Positions 44,633 through 55,613 of a DNA stretch of 64,000 nucleotides are shown piece after piece (position 1 is the stretch's first letter; each line of letters opens with the position of its first letter). Where the stretch lies: assembly GCA_030431525.1 (NCBI GenBank), contig JAUIJC010000001.1:5901-69900 (forward strand), read 5' to 3'. A program made the translations under genes and the position numbers. The DNA is from Bacteroidia bacterium (GTDB lineage Bacteria; Bacteroidota; Bacteroidia; Cytophagales; JAAEPT01). The notes under the pieces are model-generated. The model had not been told where the DNA came from. It made no database searches and saw only the letters and a list, made by a program, of their open reading frames with translations.

Positions 44633-44953
44633 ATGAGCAAAGCGATTGAAATCACAGACCAAAATATTGACGAGCTCATCTCAGGCGATAAGCCTGTTTT
44701 GGTAGACTTTTGGGCAGAGTGGTGTGGCCCATGCCGCATGATCGGTCCAGTTGTCGAAGAGCTCGCTGGAGAATACGATGGCAAAGCTGTTATCGGTAAA
44801 CTTAATGTTGACGAAAACCAAGAGGCTTCTGCCAAGTATGGCGTTCGTAGCATCCCTACCCTTTTGATCTTCAAAAACGGAGAAATTGTTGACAAGCAGG
44901 TAGGTGCTGTTCCAAAGAACGTTTTGGAAGAAAAACTTAATGCTCAGTGCTAA
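44633..44953 (+). CDS. trxA: thioredoxin
   Basis: WAEWCGPCRMIGP active site, 106 aa. Confidence 0.9.
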   Translation: MSKAIEITDQNIDELISGDKPVLVDFWAEWCGPCRMIGPVVEELAGEYDGKAVIGKLNVDENQEASAKYGVRSIPTLLIFKNGEIVDKQVGAVPKNVLEEKLNAQC

Positions 44954-44977
44954 TCCAGTACTAAGTAGGAATAGAAA

Positions 44978-45011
44978 AGCAGGCAACCATTTTGGTTAGC
45001 CTGTTTTTTTA
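44978..45011 (+). terminator. putative terminator of trxA
   Basis: CAGGCAACCattttGGTTAGCCTG imperfect hairpin followed by TTTTTTT. Confidence 0.45.
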
Positions 45012-45016
45012 TGCCA

Positions 45017-45062
45017 AAAAATAAGGGCCTTTCTCGATTTGAGAAAGGCCCTTATTTTTTGA
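45017..45062. terminator. bidirectional intrinsic terminator between convergent trxA and ftsZ
   Basis: AATAAGGGCCTTTCTCgatttGAGAAAGGCCCTTATT is a perfect 16-bp stem. It is flanked by AAAAAA upstream and TTTTTT downstream. Confidence 0.7.
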
Positions 45063-45082
45063 GCTGAAAGCCAGCTTACGGA

Positions 45083-46741
45083 TTAATCAACATTATCATG
45101 GAGGAACCTGTTGTTCCCAAGTACTTCGTTATCCTCTGACAAAGTCAAACGAGACACGTTGTTATCGTTGGATGAAGGAAGATTATCCAGATTAACATTT
45201 CTGCGCAAGTAAGCAGGCCCATTTTCCATGTGCCTAAACTGACCTGAATCAGCATCTGGATTTGAAGAATTCTTCATCACCGACGCAGGAGACTGATTCA
45301 CATAACGGCGTTGACGTTCCTGCATTTCACGTAGTTGTTGCATTGCTGCCTCCCTACGCTCACGCTCCAAACGCTCTCTCTCCTGTTGTTGCTGGTAATA
45401 GTAATTCTGGTTAGATGAAGGCTGATGGCCACCCTGTTGGTTTACATCAACAACCTCATATCCACCGTAAGTCCTATTGGCGTTAGCCTCAAAGTTCCCC
45501 TGTGGATTCTGAGAATTTCCATTTCCAGAAGGATTATAACCTTGGGATTGAGAATTCTCCCATTGTCCATTTCCACCAGAATTACTTGGCGTTGGACGCT
45601 TCCCTAATGGCTGATACTCCTTAGGAGCAGCAGTAGATGGATTTGGTTTATTTCCCTCGAGGGAATAGACTTCTTTCTTTGGAGAGTTTTTATTGAGACC
45701 AAGGAAATCATCATCCTGAGAGAAACCTGTTGCAATAATGGTTACACGCAAGTTCTCTTCAAGAATTGGATCGACACCCTGACCCCAAATCACATCGGCA
45801 CCAAAGCCAGAACGCTCTTCGACATAGTCAGTAATTGCCGTCAATTCATCCATGGTCATCTCGCACTGCTCACCATAGGTGATGGACAAGAGAACCTTCT
45901 TGGAACCTTCAATATCGGTATTGTTCAAGAGCGGGGAAGTCAAGGCACTCTCAACCGCACGAATCGCACGGTTATCGCCTGAAGCCACCGCTGAACCCAT
46001 AACAGCAGCACCCGAATCCTTCATGACCGTTACAACGTCTTTGAAGTCAACGTTCATGTCATTGGTCACTGTAATGATTTCTGCAATACTTTTTGCTGCA
46101 GTCATCAACACATTATCCGCTTCCTTGAAAGCTTCGCGAATTGGCTGGTTGCCGTGAATTTCACGCAATTTGTCATTGGAAATCACCAAGACAGTATCAC
46201 AAGACTCCTTGAGTCTGTCAATACCTTCCTTGGCCGCCATGATCTTTCTCTTTCCTTCAAAAGCGAAAGGGGCGGTAACGATTCCCACCGTTAGGATATC
46301 CAATTCTTTGGAAACCTGAGCAATGACAGGAGCTGCACCAGTTCCGGTTCCTCCACCCATTCCTGCTGTTACAAACAGCATTTTGGTGTCATTACCCAAA
46401 AGTTCTCTGATTTCCTCCTTGTTTTCAATAGCCGCGTTCATCCCCATTTCTGGGTTTGCGCCAGCTCCCAAGCCCTCGGTCAATTTTACACCGATCTGCA
46501 ATTTGCTTGGAACAGGACTGCTTTTTAGCGCTTGGGCATCAGTATTACAGATGACAAATTCCACATCTTTAATACCTTGATTAAACATGTGTGTCACCGC
46601 ATTACTTCCGCCACCACCAACACCTACAACCTTTATGATAGACTTCTCTCCAGCAGAAGGAAGGTCGAATCTATAATCTGACATCGTGGACAAGTCTGTT
46701 TTGAAGGAACCCGAAAAAAAGATATTTGAACCTTTTTTCAA
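45083..46741 (-). CDS. ftsZ: cell division protein FtsZ
   Basis: GVGGGGSNAV tubulin signature. T7 loop. Long disordered Q/N/G-rich C-terminal linker. Confidence 0.95.
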   Translation of the reverse strand: MKKGSNIFFSGSFKTDLSTMSDYRFDLPSAGEKSIIKVVGVGGGGSNAVTHMFNQGIKDVEFVICNTDAQALKSSPVPSKLQIGVKLTEGLGAGANPEMGMNAAIENKEEIRELLGNDTKMLFVTAGMGGGTGTGAAPVIAQVSKELDILTVGIVTAPFAFEGKRKIMAAKEGIDRLKESCDTVLVISNDKLREIHGNQPIREAFKEADNVLMTAAKSIAEIITVTNDMNVDFKDVVTVMKDSGAAVMGSAVASGDNRAIRAVESALTSPLLNNTDIEGSKKVLLSITYGEQCEMTMDELTAITDYVEERSGFGADVIWGQGVDPILEENLRVTIIATGFSQDDDFLGLNKNSPKKEVYSLEGNKPNPSTAAPKEYQPLGKRPTPSNSGGNGQWENSQSQGYNPSGNGNSQNPQGNFEANANRTYGGYEVVDVNQQGGHQPSSNQNYYYQQQQERERLERERREAAMQQLREMQERQRRYVNQSPASVMKNSSNPDADSGQFRHMENGPAYLRRNVNLDNLPSSNDNNVSRLTLSEDNEVLGNNRFLHDNVD

Positions 46742-46978
46742 TTAACTAAATAACGGGGAGTTTTCCCAGAATCGTAAAGAAATAATCATTTCAGAGGCTT
46801 ACTTGTCACCCCTTTTTAAACTTGTAATAAGCTTGAGGTTTTTGCGAAAAAAGCAAGCCGAATACAGTTTACAAAAATAAGAAATTAATGAAAGACCACA
46901 CTGTTCAATCGAAAAAGCCCCTCCTCTTTTTTCACAGAGGAGGGGCTTTCTTCATATGAGCTTAACAAAGTGTAAACC

Positions 46979-48298
46979 TTATTTTACGTCATCGTCAATC
47001 AAGAAGTCCTTAAGGCTTCTCAAGCCTCCTCTTACCGCTCCAGACATGATGCCGCCTTTCTTAGGTTTCCCAGCCTCAGAGCTTATGGTGTCCACTTGCT
47101 GAACGTTATTCCCTTTCACCTCCTCGGCATATTTTTCGGAAGCATCCAGTCCGCTCAACACCAATCCAATGGCAGTGGAATAATCAGGTGATTTCACGCG
47201 CTCTACGTCAGATTTACCCAAATATTCTGTTGGGTGACCAACCTGAGCGTCCAAAGCTGTCTTCAACTCAAACAACTTATCCACATCTTCCAAAAGTGAT
47301 GCACCGCCAGTAAGCACGATTCCTGCTGCCAATCTGTTTTTAAAACCAGATTTCTCCAGCTCCACGTCAACCAATTCCGCGATGTCCTCCATGCGAGCTT
47401 GGATGATGTAAGAAAGATTTTTTCGGGAAATCTCCTTTGGTGGACGGTTTCTCAATCCAGGGATTGCAATGACCTCATTTGGTGCCGTCTCAGAAGCCAG
47501 AGCCTTACCAAACTTCACCTTCAATTGCTCTGCTTGGCTTTGGGTTACCATACACCCCTGACGAATGTCCTGAGTAACGATATTTCCGCCGTAAGGAATT
47601 ACAGCAATGTGACGCAATACCCCATCGTAATAGACAGAAATATCAGTCGTCCCACCTCCAATATCAACAACAGCAACACCAGCCTCTTTATCCTCCTCGC
47701 TCAATACCGCCGTGCTTGAAGCGATAGACTCCAACACAATGCCTTCAAGATCCAAAGACCTTACTGAGACTCCAGCACCGCTAACACAACGAAGCAACAT
47801 ATCTACCGACTTGGCAGGAGCTGTCACTACGTTAAAGTCACCCTCAAGACGCGTACCCAACATTCCAACTGGATCCTTAATCCCATCCGCTTCATCAACT
47901 GTATAAAGCTGAGGAACCACCTGAATAATCTTGTTTCCAGGAGGAGGAACCAATCGGTAAATGTCATTCACCAACCGAGCCACATCAGACTGGTTGATTT
48001 TAACGTCCTTGCTTTCCTTTAAAATATATCCGCTACGCAACCCGTGCTTCATCTCCTGACTGGAAATACCGACCAAAACAGAACCTACGTTCAATTCAGC
48101 CTCCTTTTCCACCTCAGCCAACACTTCGTTGATTGCACGGATAGTTTTATCAATATTTTGGACGCCACCTCGTTCAACTCCTTCTGAGGAAGTAAATCCT
48201 GCACCCAGCACTTCCAAACGACCAAACTGATCGCGGCGGCCAGCCACAGCACAAACTTTTGTTGTCCCTATATCTAATCCTACAATTATCTCCTGCAT
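46979..48298 (-). CDS. ftsA: cell division protein FtsA
   Basis: Actin-like ATPase fold (VGLDIGTTKV, DIGGGTTD). Position between ftsQ and ftsZ. Confidence 0.9.
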   Translation of the reverse strand: MQEIIVGLDIGTTKVCAVAGRRDQFGRLEVLGAGFTSSEGVERGGVQNIDKTIRAINEVLAEVEKEAELNVGSVLVGISSQEMKHGLRSGYILKESKDVKINQSDVARLVNDIYRLVPPPGNKIIQVVPQLYTVDEADGIKDPVGMLGTRLEGDFNVVTAPAKSVDMLLRCVSGAGVSVRSLDLEGIVLESIASSTAVLSEEDKEAGVAVVDIGGGTTDISVYYDGVLRHIAVIPYGGNIVTQDIRQGCMVTQSQAEQLKVKFGKALASETAPNEVIAIPGLRNRPPKEISRKNLSYIIQARMEDIAELVDVELEKSGFKNRLAAGIVLTGGASLLEDVDKLFELKTALDAQVGHPTEYLGKSDVERVKSPDYSTAIGLVLSGLDASEKYAEEVKGNNVQQVDTISSEAGKPKKGGIMSGAVRGGLRSLKDFLIDDDVK

Positions 48299-48334
48299 AG
48301 ACTCATTCGTCTAACGGGCATTGCGCGCTGAAAT

Positions 48335-49099
48335 TCAACGGCAAACCACCTGCCCTGCATATTTTAAAGAAATACTTTTGAAAGCACTCTCACCCTTAAC
48401 AGGCAGCACTTTCTGATAAAAAACACGGAGTCGATCAAACTTATCCCTTATGTTTTTGGGCTTGCCTAAATTAATCACAAAGCCACCTACCTGAGGGTAA
48501 AGCACCACCTCTTGCCGGTTGGTCACCTCCACTCCACTAATCAAAGCCCTAAGAAACTCATCTTGATCGAGAAAAGACAAAAGTTCAAGAAGTTCCTGCC
48601 CTCCTTCAACAGATTTCAGACCTCCCCTCTCCTTCAATCCTCTGACTCCAGCACCCGTTACCACCACTACTCGTGCTACATAGCTAACACTCAATGGCAA
48701 CACCTCGCCCTCAGTCCCAAGATAATAACTTTCCTTTGATCCAAGACTGACACGAGCCAGAGGTCTGCGTTGCAAAACTTGCACATTCACCCCTCCGGCT
48801 ACATTCTGGAAAGAGTTAACTCCTTTGACAAATTTATTACTTTTTATCTGCAATTCCATCGCCCTCAAGTCGATATCCCCGAGGACACTTCCTAAAGCAG
48901 ACCGCCCATCACCCTGCATGGTCTCTAAAATCTCTCCCTCAGTAACAAACAAGTTTCCCTGCTGCCCTTCAATGACGATGCTTGGGGTGTGATATTTTCT
49001 TTGTTTAGACCAAAACACCCCTGCAAAAACGATGATACCTAGGCCTACTACAAAGCCCAAGTTCTTTATCAATTCCCAAAGCGTTTTTTTATCCTGCAT
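48335..49099 (-). CDS. ftsQ: cell division protein FtsQ
   Basis: Single N-terminal TM plus POTRA-like region. Position between murC and ftsA. 11-bp overlap with murC. Confidence 0.6.
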   Translation of the reverse strand: MQDKKTLWELIKNLGFVVGLGIIVFAGVFWSKQRKYHTPSIVIEGQQGNLFVTEGEILETMQGDGRSALGSVLGDIDLRAMELQIKSNKFVKGVNSFQNVAGGVNVQVLQRRPLARVSLGSKESYYLGTEGEVLPLSVSYVARVVVVTGAGVRGLKERGGLKSVEGGQELLELLSFLDQDEFLRALISGVEVTNRQEVVLYPQVGGFVINLGKPKNIRDKFDRLRVFYQKVLPVKGESAFKSISLKYAGQVVCR

Positions 49100-50492
49100 A
49101 GGTCTTAAGCTCCAATAAACCCTTCAATGGCTGCACCAAACGGTCAATATCACCTGCACCAAGCACAGCCGTCACACCACCTTCAAACTCCTTAGCCAAC
49201 GCTAAAAACTCCTCCTTGCCGACCAATGATTTTTTATCCATTGGAATTTTATCAAGCAAAACGGAAGATGTTATATCCTCAATAGGAAGCTCCCTTGCAG
49301 GATAAATTTCCAACAAGTAAACCTCATCCGCCAAGGCCAAGCTTTCGGCAAATTCATCCAAAAAATCTCGGGTTCTACTGAACAAATGGGGCTGAAATAT
49401 TACACGCAGGTATTTGTCTGGAAACAAACTCCTTGCTGATCTTAGGAAAGAGGTAATTTCTGAAGGATGGTGGGCATAATCATCGATTAGCACCTGATTC
49501 TCATCCTTCAACACATATTCAAAACGGCGTTTAACACCACCATAGGTGCTTATCCCTTCTCGGATTACCTCAGCTTCCAGACCAAGTTCTACGGCAACTG
49601 CAATGGCCGCCGTGGCATTGTCAATATTATGCCACCCAGGCACACTTAAACGCAAGTCCTTAATCAATCCAATTGGAGTACGAACATCAAAAACTTGCTC
49701 ACCATCATCCACACGGACATTCTCTGCGCCACAACCCAATTCATTCAATCCATATTTATTGAACCGAATGGTTTTCCCCTCTGAAAGATAATCTTGATCT
49801 ACTTGACTATTTAGCCAGCAGACACCATCAGCACCCAACTTCCCAACAAAATCTTTAAACCCTTGGCTGTAAACCTCTGGGGTATCATAAATATCCAAGT
49901 GATCTGGATCCATGGAAGTGATGACAGCGATATCTGGGGATAGGGTTAAGAAAGAACGGTCATATTCATCTGCCTCAACCACTACAACCGCCTTGTCACG
50001 AGGCCCTTCATTCAACAAGAGGTTGCTGTTGTAGTTTTTAGTGATGCCACCCAAAAAAGCAGTCACATCAATTCCTCCATGTTTTAGCAAATGAGCTACC
50101 ATAGAGGAAGTCGTGGTTTTTCCGTGAGTTCCCGCAATTGCCACGGTAAACATATCCTGAGTAAGAAAACCCAGCACCTGAGAGCGCTTATGCAACTGCG
50201 CCTTTTCCTGTTGGAAATAACACAACTGAGGATGATGGGCAGGGATGGCAGGGGTATAAACTACGAGTAATTCCTCGGTCACCTCCCTAAATGCACCTGG
50301 AATGGCGGACAACTCCTCATCAAATAGCACCGCTATTCCCTCCTCTTGTAAAGCGTCAGTAAGCGGAGATGGGGTTTTATCATATCCTGCAACCTCATAA
50401 TCATTGGCCTTAAACCAACGAGCCAAAGCACTCATCCCAATTCCGCCAATGCCCAAGAAATAAACCCTTTTCACTTTCGAAAGCTCCACCAT
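49089..50492 (-). CDS. murC: UDP-N-acetylmuramate--L-alanine ligase
   Basis: GIGGIGMSALA and GTHGKTTTSSM Mur ligase motifs. Confidence 0.9.
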   Translation of the reverse strand: MVELSKVKRVYFLGIGGIGMSALARWFKANDYEVAGYDKTPSPLTDALQEEGIAVLFDEELSAIPGAFREVTEELLVVYTPAIPAHHPQLCYFQQEKAQLHKRSQVLGFLTQDMFTVAIAGTHGKTTTSSMVAHLLKHGGIDVTAFLGGITKNYNSNLLLNEGPRDKAVVVVEADEYDRSFLTLSPDIAVITSMDPDHLDIYDTPEVYSQGFKDFVGKLGADGVCWLNSQVDQDYLSEGKTIRFNKYGLNELGCGAENVRVDDGEQVFDVRTPIGLIKDLRLSVPGWHNIDNATAAIAVAVELGLEAEVIREGISTYGGVKRRFEYVLKDENQVLIDDYAHHPSEITSFLRSARSLFPDKYLRVIFQPHLFSRTRDFLDEFAESLALADEVYLLEIYPARELPIEDITSSVLLDKIPMDKKSLVGKEEFLALAKEFEGGVTAVLGAGDIDRLVQPLKGLLELKTYAG

Positions 50493-50505
50493 CCTTTCTC
50501 AATTA

Positions 50506-51621
50506 TTATGTATGCTGACCAGCTAAAGCCAAAGCCTCATCTGCAATCTGCTCGGCAGCCAAAGGCTTAGCCAAGGCTTTAATATTTTTTCCTAAATCCG
50601 TCCTGCTTTGGGTATCCTGAACCAAACGAAGTACCTCTTTTATCAGATGCATTCCTGCCTCAACATCTTTCACCAACCACGCAGCATCCTTTTCCACCAA
50701 TGCCATTGCATTCTTGGTTTGATGGTCATCGGTCACATTGGGCGAAGGAACAAGGATGGAAGGCTTTCCAGCAAGACATAGCTCCGAAACAGACAGGGCT
50801 CCAGCCCTTGATACTACCACATCTGCGACAGCATAGGCTAAATCCATTTCATAAATGAAATCAGATGCTTTCACCAATGGGCTTCCTAAAGCATCTACCT
50901 GCTTGCGCACGTCCTCATAATAGCCCTTACCAGTCTGCCACAATAGCTGAATGCCATTATCAACCAGCTCCTGCAGACCATTTCCAATACTCTCGTTGAT
51001 GGTCCTAGCCCCAAGGCTTCCTCCCAATACCAAAAGCACAGGCTTATCGGCAGACAAACCAAAATGCTTCAGAGCTTCCTCGCGTTTGCCTTCCAGACTG
51101 ACGATATCCTTTCGAACTGGATTTCCTGTCAAAACGAGCTTATCAGCAGGAAAAACTTTTTCCATGCCTTCATAGGCTACACAAATACGACCAGCAAATT
51201 TTGAAAGCCAACGGTTGGCAAGGCCAGCAAAGGAATTCTGCTCCTGAATAAGAATCGGCACATCGGCCCAAGCCGCCATTCGCAGTACGGGTCCGCTGGC
51301 ATATCCACCTACGCCAACCACGATATCAGGCCTAAAATCCTTAATAATCTTTTTGGCTCGAAAAAGACTTTGCGCCAAGCGAATCGGAAAGGATAAATTT
51401 CTTGGGGAAAGGCTTCGCTGCAAACCTGTCACTGGCAGCCCAATTATCTTATATCCAGCTTTGGGCACCTTCTCCATTTCCATGCGGCCCTCAGCACCAA
51501 CAAAAAGGATTTCAGCATTGGGATGCTTCTCCTTTATCGTGTTAGCAATAGCGATGGCAGGGTAAATATGTCCACCTGTACCGCCTCCACTAATAATTAC
51601 TTTTAATGTCTTTTCGCTCAC
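50506..51621 (-). CDS. murG: undecaprenyldiphospho-muramoylpentapeptide beta-N-acetylglucosaminyltransferase
   Basis: GGGTGGHIYPAIA N-terminal glycine-rich loop, 371 aa. Confidence 0.9.
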   Translation of the reverse strand: MSEKTLKVIISGGGTGGHIYPAIAIANTIKEKHPNAEILFVGAEGRMEMEKVPKAGYKIIGLPVTGLQRSLSPRNLSFPIRLAQSLFRAKKIIKDFRPDIVVGVGGYASGPVLRMAAWADVPILIQEQNSFAGLANRWLSKFAGRICVAYEGMEKVFPADKLVLTGNPVRKDIVSLEGKREEALKHFGLSADKPVLLVLGGSLGARTINESIGNGLQELVDNGIQLLWQTGKGYYEDVRKQVDALGSPLVKASDFIYEMDLAYAVADVVVSRAGALSVSELCLAGKPSILVPSPNVTDDHQTKNAMALVEKDAAWLVKDVEAGMHLIKEVLRLVQDTQSRTDLGKNIKALAKPLAAEQIADEALALAGQHT

Positions 51622-51653
51622 CTAAAGGTTGGTTTATGGGTAAAAACTGCTCT

Positions 51654-52814
51654 CTACCTCAATTGATTGCCTTCACTTACTTCTTCCGAAAGATCACCTC
51701 GACTAACACTCAAAATGATTCCAAGCGAAAGCCCTGTAAACAGCAAAGAGGTACCCCCCATACTTAATAACGGCAAAGGCTGTCCCGTGACTGGAAACAG
51801 GCCTACCACAACCCCCATATTTATCATGGCTTGGATAACCAAACCAAAACTTAAGCCCACAGAAAGAAGCCCCCCAAAGGCTCTGTCACTCCGTGATGCG
51901 ATTACCATTCCCCGATAAAGCAATACCAAATAAGCCAACAATACCACGATTCCAATTTTCAAACCGTGTTCCTCAATCAACACCGCAAAGATGTAATCGG
52001 AGTCTGCCGCTGGCAAAAAATGTCTTTGTTGACTACCTGCCAAGCCTGTTCCCCAAAATCCACCTTTAAATACAGATAAAAGCGCTTGCTGTGCCTGATA
52101 ACTCAAATCATTAAACGGAATTTGCTCCGTCACAATACCCCACCAGTTTGCCATCCTGCTGATGGCCGTATCTAATCGGTCACCTGCTGCAAGGCCAATG
52201 ACCAAGGCCGTTGAAACGACAACAATCAAGGTCGCAATCTGCTTGAAAGGCACACGACCAATCAACATGATCACCACACAGGTCATAAAGAGCAATAAGG
52301 CAGTACTTAAATCGGAAAGAGCAATCAATCCGCAAATCACACTACACCAACCAAGCAGCGGATAAAGCGTCTTTTTGACATCCTCAATATCCTCCTGACG
52401 CTTGGCCAACATGCTGGCAAGGTTGGCTATCAGCGCGAGCTTTGCCAAATCGGAAGGCTGAAAGGATTGATTGATCAACGGAATATTAATCCAACGGGCC
52501 GCACCATTGATTTTCGCTCCCCACAAAAAAGTATAAATCAATAAGGGAACAGAAAGCAGCAAGAGAAGACGAGAAAGCCTTGCGTAGTAGATATAGTTGA
52601 TATTATGCGCTACCCAAGTGGCCAACAGCCCTAAAAACAGCAACACAATATGTTTGAACAAGAAATATTCTGTATCCCCAGCCTTAATCAGATAGGCCTT
52701 GCCACTCACTGCACTGTAAACGCACAGAATACTAAGCAACGTCAAACTGATGATCACCGTCCAAATAGCGGGATCGCCCTTCAAATTTCTCTTCAGCCAA
52801 CCAAGGGACAACAT
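51654..52814 (-). CDS. ftsW: SEDS-family cell division protein FtsW
   Basis: 10-TM SEDS protein located between murG and murD. Confidence 0.85.
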   Translation of the reverse strand: MLSLGWLKRNLKGDPAIWTVIISLTLLSILCVYSAVSGKAYLIKAGDTEYFLFKHIVLLFLGLLATWVAHNINYIYYARLSRLLLLLSVPLLIYTFLWGAKINGAARWINIPLINQSFQPSDLAKLALIANLASMLAKRQEDIEDVKKTLYPLLGWCSVICGLIALSDLSTALLLFMTCVVIMLIGRVPFKQIATLIVVVSTALVIGLAAGDRLDTAISRMANWWGIVTEQIPFNDLSYQAQQALLSVFKGGFWGTGLAGSQQRHFLPAADSDYIFAVLIEEHGLKIGIVVLLAYLVLLYRGMVIASRSDRAFGGLLSVGLSFGLVIQAMINMGVVVGLFPVTGQPLPLLSMGGTSLLFTGLSLGIILSVSRGDLSEEVSEGNQLR

Positions 52815-52855
52815 AATTTTTAGGGTTCTAATATTCTGTCACTAATGATATAGCG

Positions 52856-54211
52856 TCACAATTTCGCTACATTTTCCTCAAGCTTTTGAACCGCATCTTT
52901 GAATTGCTCACCGCGATCCTCATAGTTTTTGAACAAGTCAAAACTTGCACAGGCTGGGGACAATAGCACGACATCTCCCTCATCCGCAATCTCACTGGCA
53001 ATATTGATCACCTCGTCCATGTGTTGGGACTCATAAATGGTGTCCACCTTCTCTTGAAAAGCTTTTATCAGAGCACCATTATCTACACCCAGACATATCA
53101 ACGCCTTGACCTTTTCATAGGCCAATTCTTCCAACTCCGAATAATCATTGCCCTTGTCCACACCTCCAGCAATCCAAATGATAGGCTGCTCAAAGCTGTC
53201 CAAAGCATAACTTACCGCATCCACATTGGTCGCCTTGGAATCATTGACATAGCGCACGCCATGAATAACCCCAACCTCTTCCAAGCGATGTGGAACATTT
53301 TGGAAAGAGCCCAAAGACTTGGCAATTACAGATTGGTCAACCCCCAATGACACCACCGCTAAGATGGCACACATGGCATTCACCTCATTATGCTTCCCGC
53401 GAAGTGGAAGTTTGTCCACAGGAATACTGAACACTTGCTCAGCCGTATTGAAGACCATCTTCCCCTCCCCCTCATAAGCGCCATTCAATACGCGCTCCTT
53501 GTGGGAAACACCAAGCACTTTTGGAACCACCTGCTGCTCCTTCAACTCCCGACGGATGACCTTGTCATCCAAGAAGGTGATAAAGGAACCTTGGCTGTCC
53601 ATATTCTGCAAAATACGAAACTTGGACTGGACGTAATTCTCAAAGCGATAATTGTATCGATCCAAATGGTCTGGAGTAATATTGGTCAACACCGCCACAT
53701 CTGCCTTGAACTCATACATGCCGTCGAGCTGAAAACTACTCAACTCCAACACATAGATATCAAAAGCATCATCAATCACCTGACGAGCCAAGCTCGTCCC
53801 AATATTTCCTGCCAAGCCCACCTTCAAGCCAGCACTCTTTAAGAGGTGGTAGGTCAATAAAGTGGTAGTTGTCTTACCATTACTTCCCGTGATGGCAACG
53901 AAACGAGCATTCGTATATCGCGAGGCAAACTCAATCTCCGAAACCACAGAAATCCCCAACTCCTTGGCTGCGATAACCAAAGGCACATGGTCTGGAATCC
54001 CAGGGCTTTTGATGATTTCTTGAGCTGACAAAATCCTGTTCTTGTCATGACTGCCCTGCTCAAAAGGAATTCCTGCTTTTTCCAAGGTTTCCCTGTGTTG
54101 GTTAGAAATCTCGCCAAGGTCAGAAACAAAAACAGCATACCCTTTGGCTTGTGCCAAGAGGGCTGCTCCAGTCCCGCTTTCTCCAGCCCCTAAAACAACA
54201 ATCTCCTTCAT
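52856..54211 (-). CDS. murD: UDP-N-acetylmuramoylalanine--D-glutamate ligase
   Basis: VLGAGESGTGAALLA N-terminal Rossmann motif. GSNGKTTTT Mur ligase P-loop. Confidence 0.9.
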   Translation of the reverse strand: MKEIVVLGAGESGTGAALLAQAKGYAVFVSDLGEISNQHRETLEKAGIPFEQGSHDKNRILSAQEIIKSPGIPDHVPLVIAAKELGISVVSEIEFASRYTNARFVAITGSNGKTTTTLLTYHLLKSAGLKVGLAGNIGTSLARQVIDDAFDIYVLELSSFQLDGMYEFKADVAVLTNITPDHLDRYNYRFENYVQSKFRILQNMDSQGSFITFLDDKVIRRELKEQQVVPKVLGVSHKERVLNGAYEGEGKMVFNTAEQVFSIPVDKLPLRGKHNEVNAMCAILAVVSLGVDQSVIAKSLGSFQNVPHRLEEVGVIHGVRYVNDSKATNVDAVSYALDSFEQPIIWIAGGVDKGNDYSELEELAYEKVKALICLGVDNGALIKAFQEKVDTIYESQHMDEVINIASEIADEGDVVLLSPACASFDLFKNYEDRGEQFKDAVQKLEENVAKL

Positions 54212-54240
54212 TTGAAATGCCTTTTGCGAATGGAAAAACC

Positions 54241-55500
54241 TTAACGGATTTTCAATGTTGCTAGGGTGACCAATGCCAACAATAAACCAACAATCCAGAA
54301 TCGGCTCACAATCTTAGCTTCGTGCAAACCAAGCTTTTGATAATGGTGATGCAAAGGAGCCATTTTAAAGACCCTTCTTCCTTCACCGTACTTTTTTCTG
54401 GTGTATTTGAAATAGCTGACCTGAATCATTACGGAGAGGTTTTCAATCAAAAACACTCCACACAACACAGGAATCAACAATTCCTTCCGAATCGAAAGGG
54501 CAATTACCGCAATGATGCCACCAATGCACAAACTACCTGTATCCCCCATAAACACCTTGGCTGGATACGAGTTGAACCAAAGGAAACCAATACATCCACC
54601 CACAAAGGCACAGGTATAAATCACCAACTCACCAGAGTTCGGGATGTACATGATGTTCAAATAATCCGCAAATACGGTATGGCCAGACACGTAAGCCAAA
54701 GCCGCCAAAACAGACCCAATTATCGCCGAAGTTCCAGCGGCCAAACCGTCAATCCCATCGGTAATATTTGCTCCGTTAGAAACGGCAGTGACAATGAAAA
54801 TCACCAAGCCTACAAAAAGAATCCAAGTCAAGTTTTCCAGACCAAATGGAGCCAACAACTTGGAGTAGTCCAATTCATTGTTCTTGACAAATGGGATGGT
54901 TGTAGCCGCAGACTTGATATCCTCATAGCTATGGGTAAAATCGATGTACTCTCGTTTAATTACTCCACCCTCTTCGTGGCCTGTAATGATATTATACTCC
55001 TTCTCTGTTGACTGATTGTATTGCCTTACCGTCACATCTTCATGGAAATAAAGGGTAAAGCCCACAATCAAACCCAACCCTACTTGTCCTACCACTTTAA
55101 AGCGACCAGCAAGCCCTTCCTTGTTCTTTTTGACAACCTTGATGTAATCATCCAAAAAACCGATGCCGCCCATCCAAACAGTCGCCACAATCATCAGAAT
55201 CACATAAATGTTGTTCAGCTTGGCTAACAACAGGGTCGGCACCAAAATGCAGATGATAATAATGAGGCCTCCCATGGTAGGAGTTCCAGCCTTTTCCAAC
55301 TGCCCTTCCAAGCCTAAATCACGTACGGTTTCACCCATTTGCAAACGCTGCAACATTCCAATGATTCGCCTTCCGAAGACCATAGCGATAATCAAGGAAA
55401 GAGCCATTGCAAGACCTGCACGGAAGGAAATGTATTGAAACAGACCCGCGCCCGGCAGCCCAAAGTGTTCCTGTAAGTATTCAAAAAGATAATAAAGCAT
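54241..55500 (-). CDS. mraY: phospho-N-acetylmuramoyl-pentapeptide transferase
   Basis: Polytopic membrane protein with MraY-type loops (NAxNxTDGxDGLA: [13 protein letters not shown]). Confidence 0.9.
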   Translation of the reverse strand: MLYYLFEYLQEHFGLPGAGLFQYISFRAGLAMALSLIIAMVFGRRIIGMLQRLQMGETVRDLGLEGQLEKAGTPTMGGLIIIICILVPTLLLAKLNNIYVILMIVATVWMGGIGFLDDYIKVVKKNKEGLAGRFKVVGQVGLGLIVGFTLYFHEDVTVRQYNQSTEKEYNIITGHEEGGVIKREYIDFTHSYEDIKSAATTIPFVKNNELDYSKLLAPFGLENLTWILFVGLVIFIVTAVSNGANITDGIDGLAAGTSAIIGSVLAALAYVSGHTVFADYLNIMYIPNSGELVIYTCAFVGGCIGFLWFNSYPAKVFMGDTGSLCIGGIIAVIALSIRKELLIPVLCGVFLIENLSVMIQVSYFKYTRKKYGEGRRVFKMAPLHHHYQKLGLHEAKIVSRFWIVGLLLALVTLATLKIR

Positions 55501-55613
55501 GGAAGCCAGTCATTGAACGGTTTTGACAAACAGCAAAAGAGAAACAAAAAGCTGAACCAGTCGGCTTGTTATTTCTCTTTCGTTGAACAGAATGCCAAAG
55601 TACATAGATCTAA

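Noticed and set aside
54322-55011. 229-aa plus-strand ORF
   Set aside because: Antisense within mraY, which is unambiguous.
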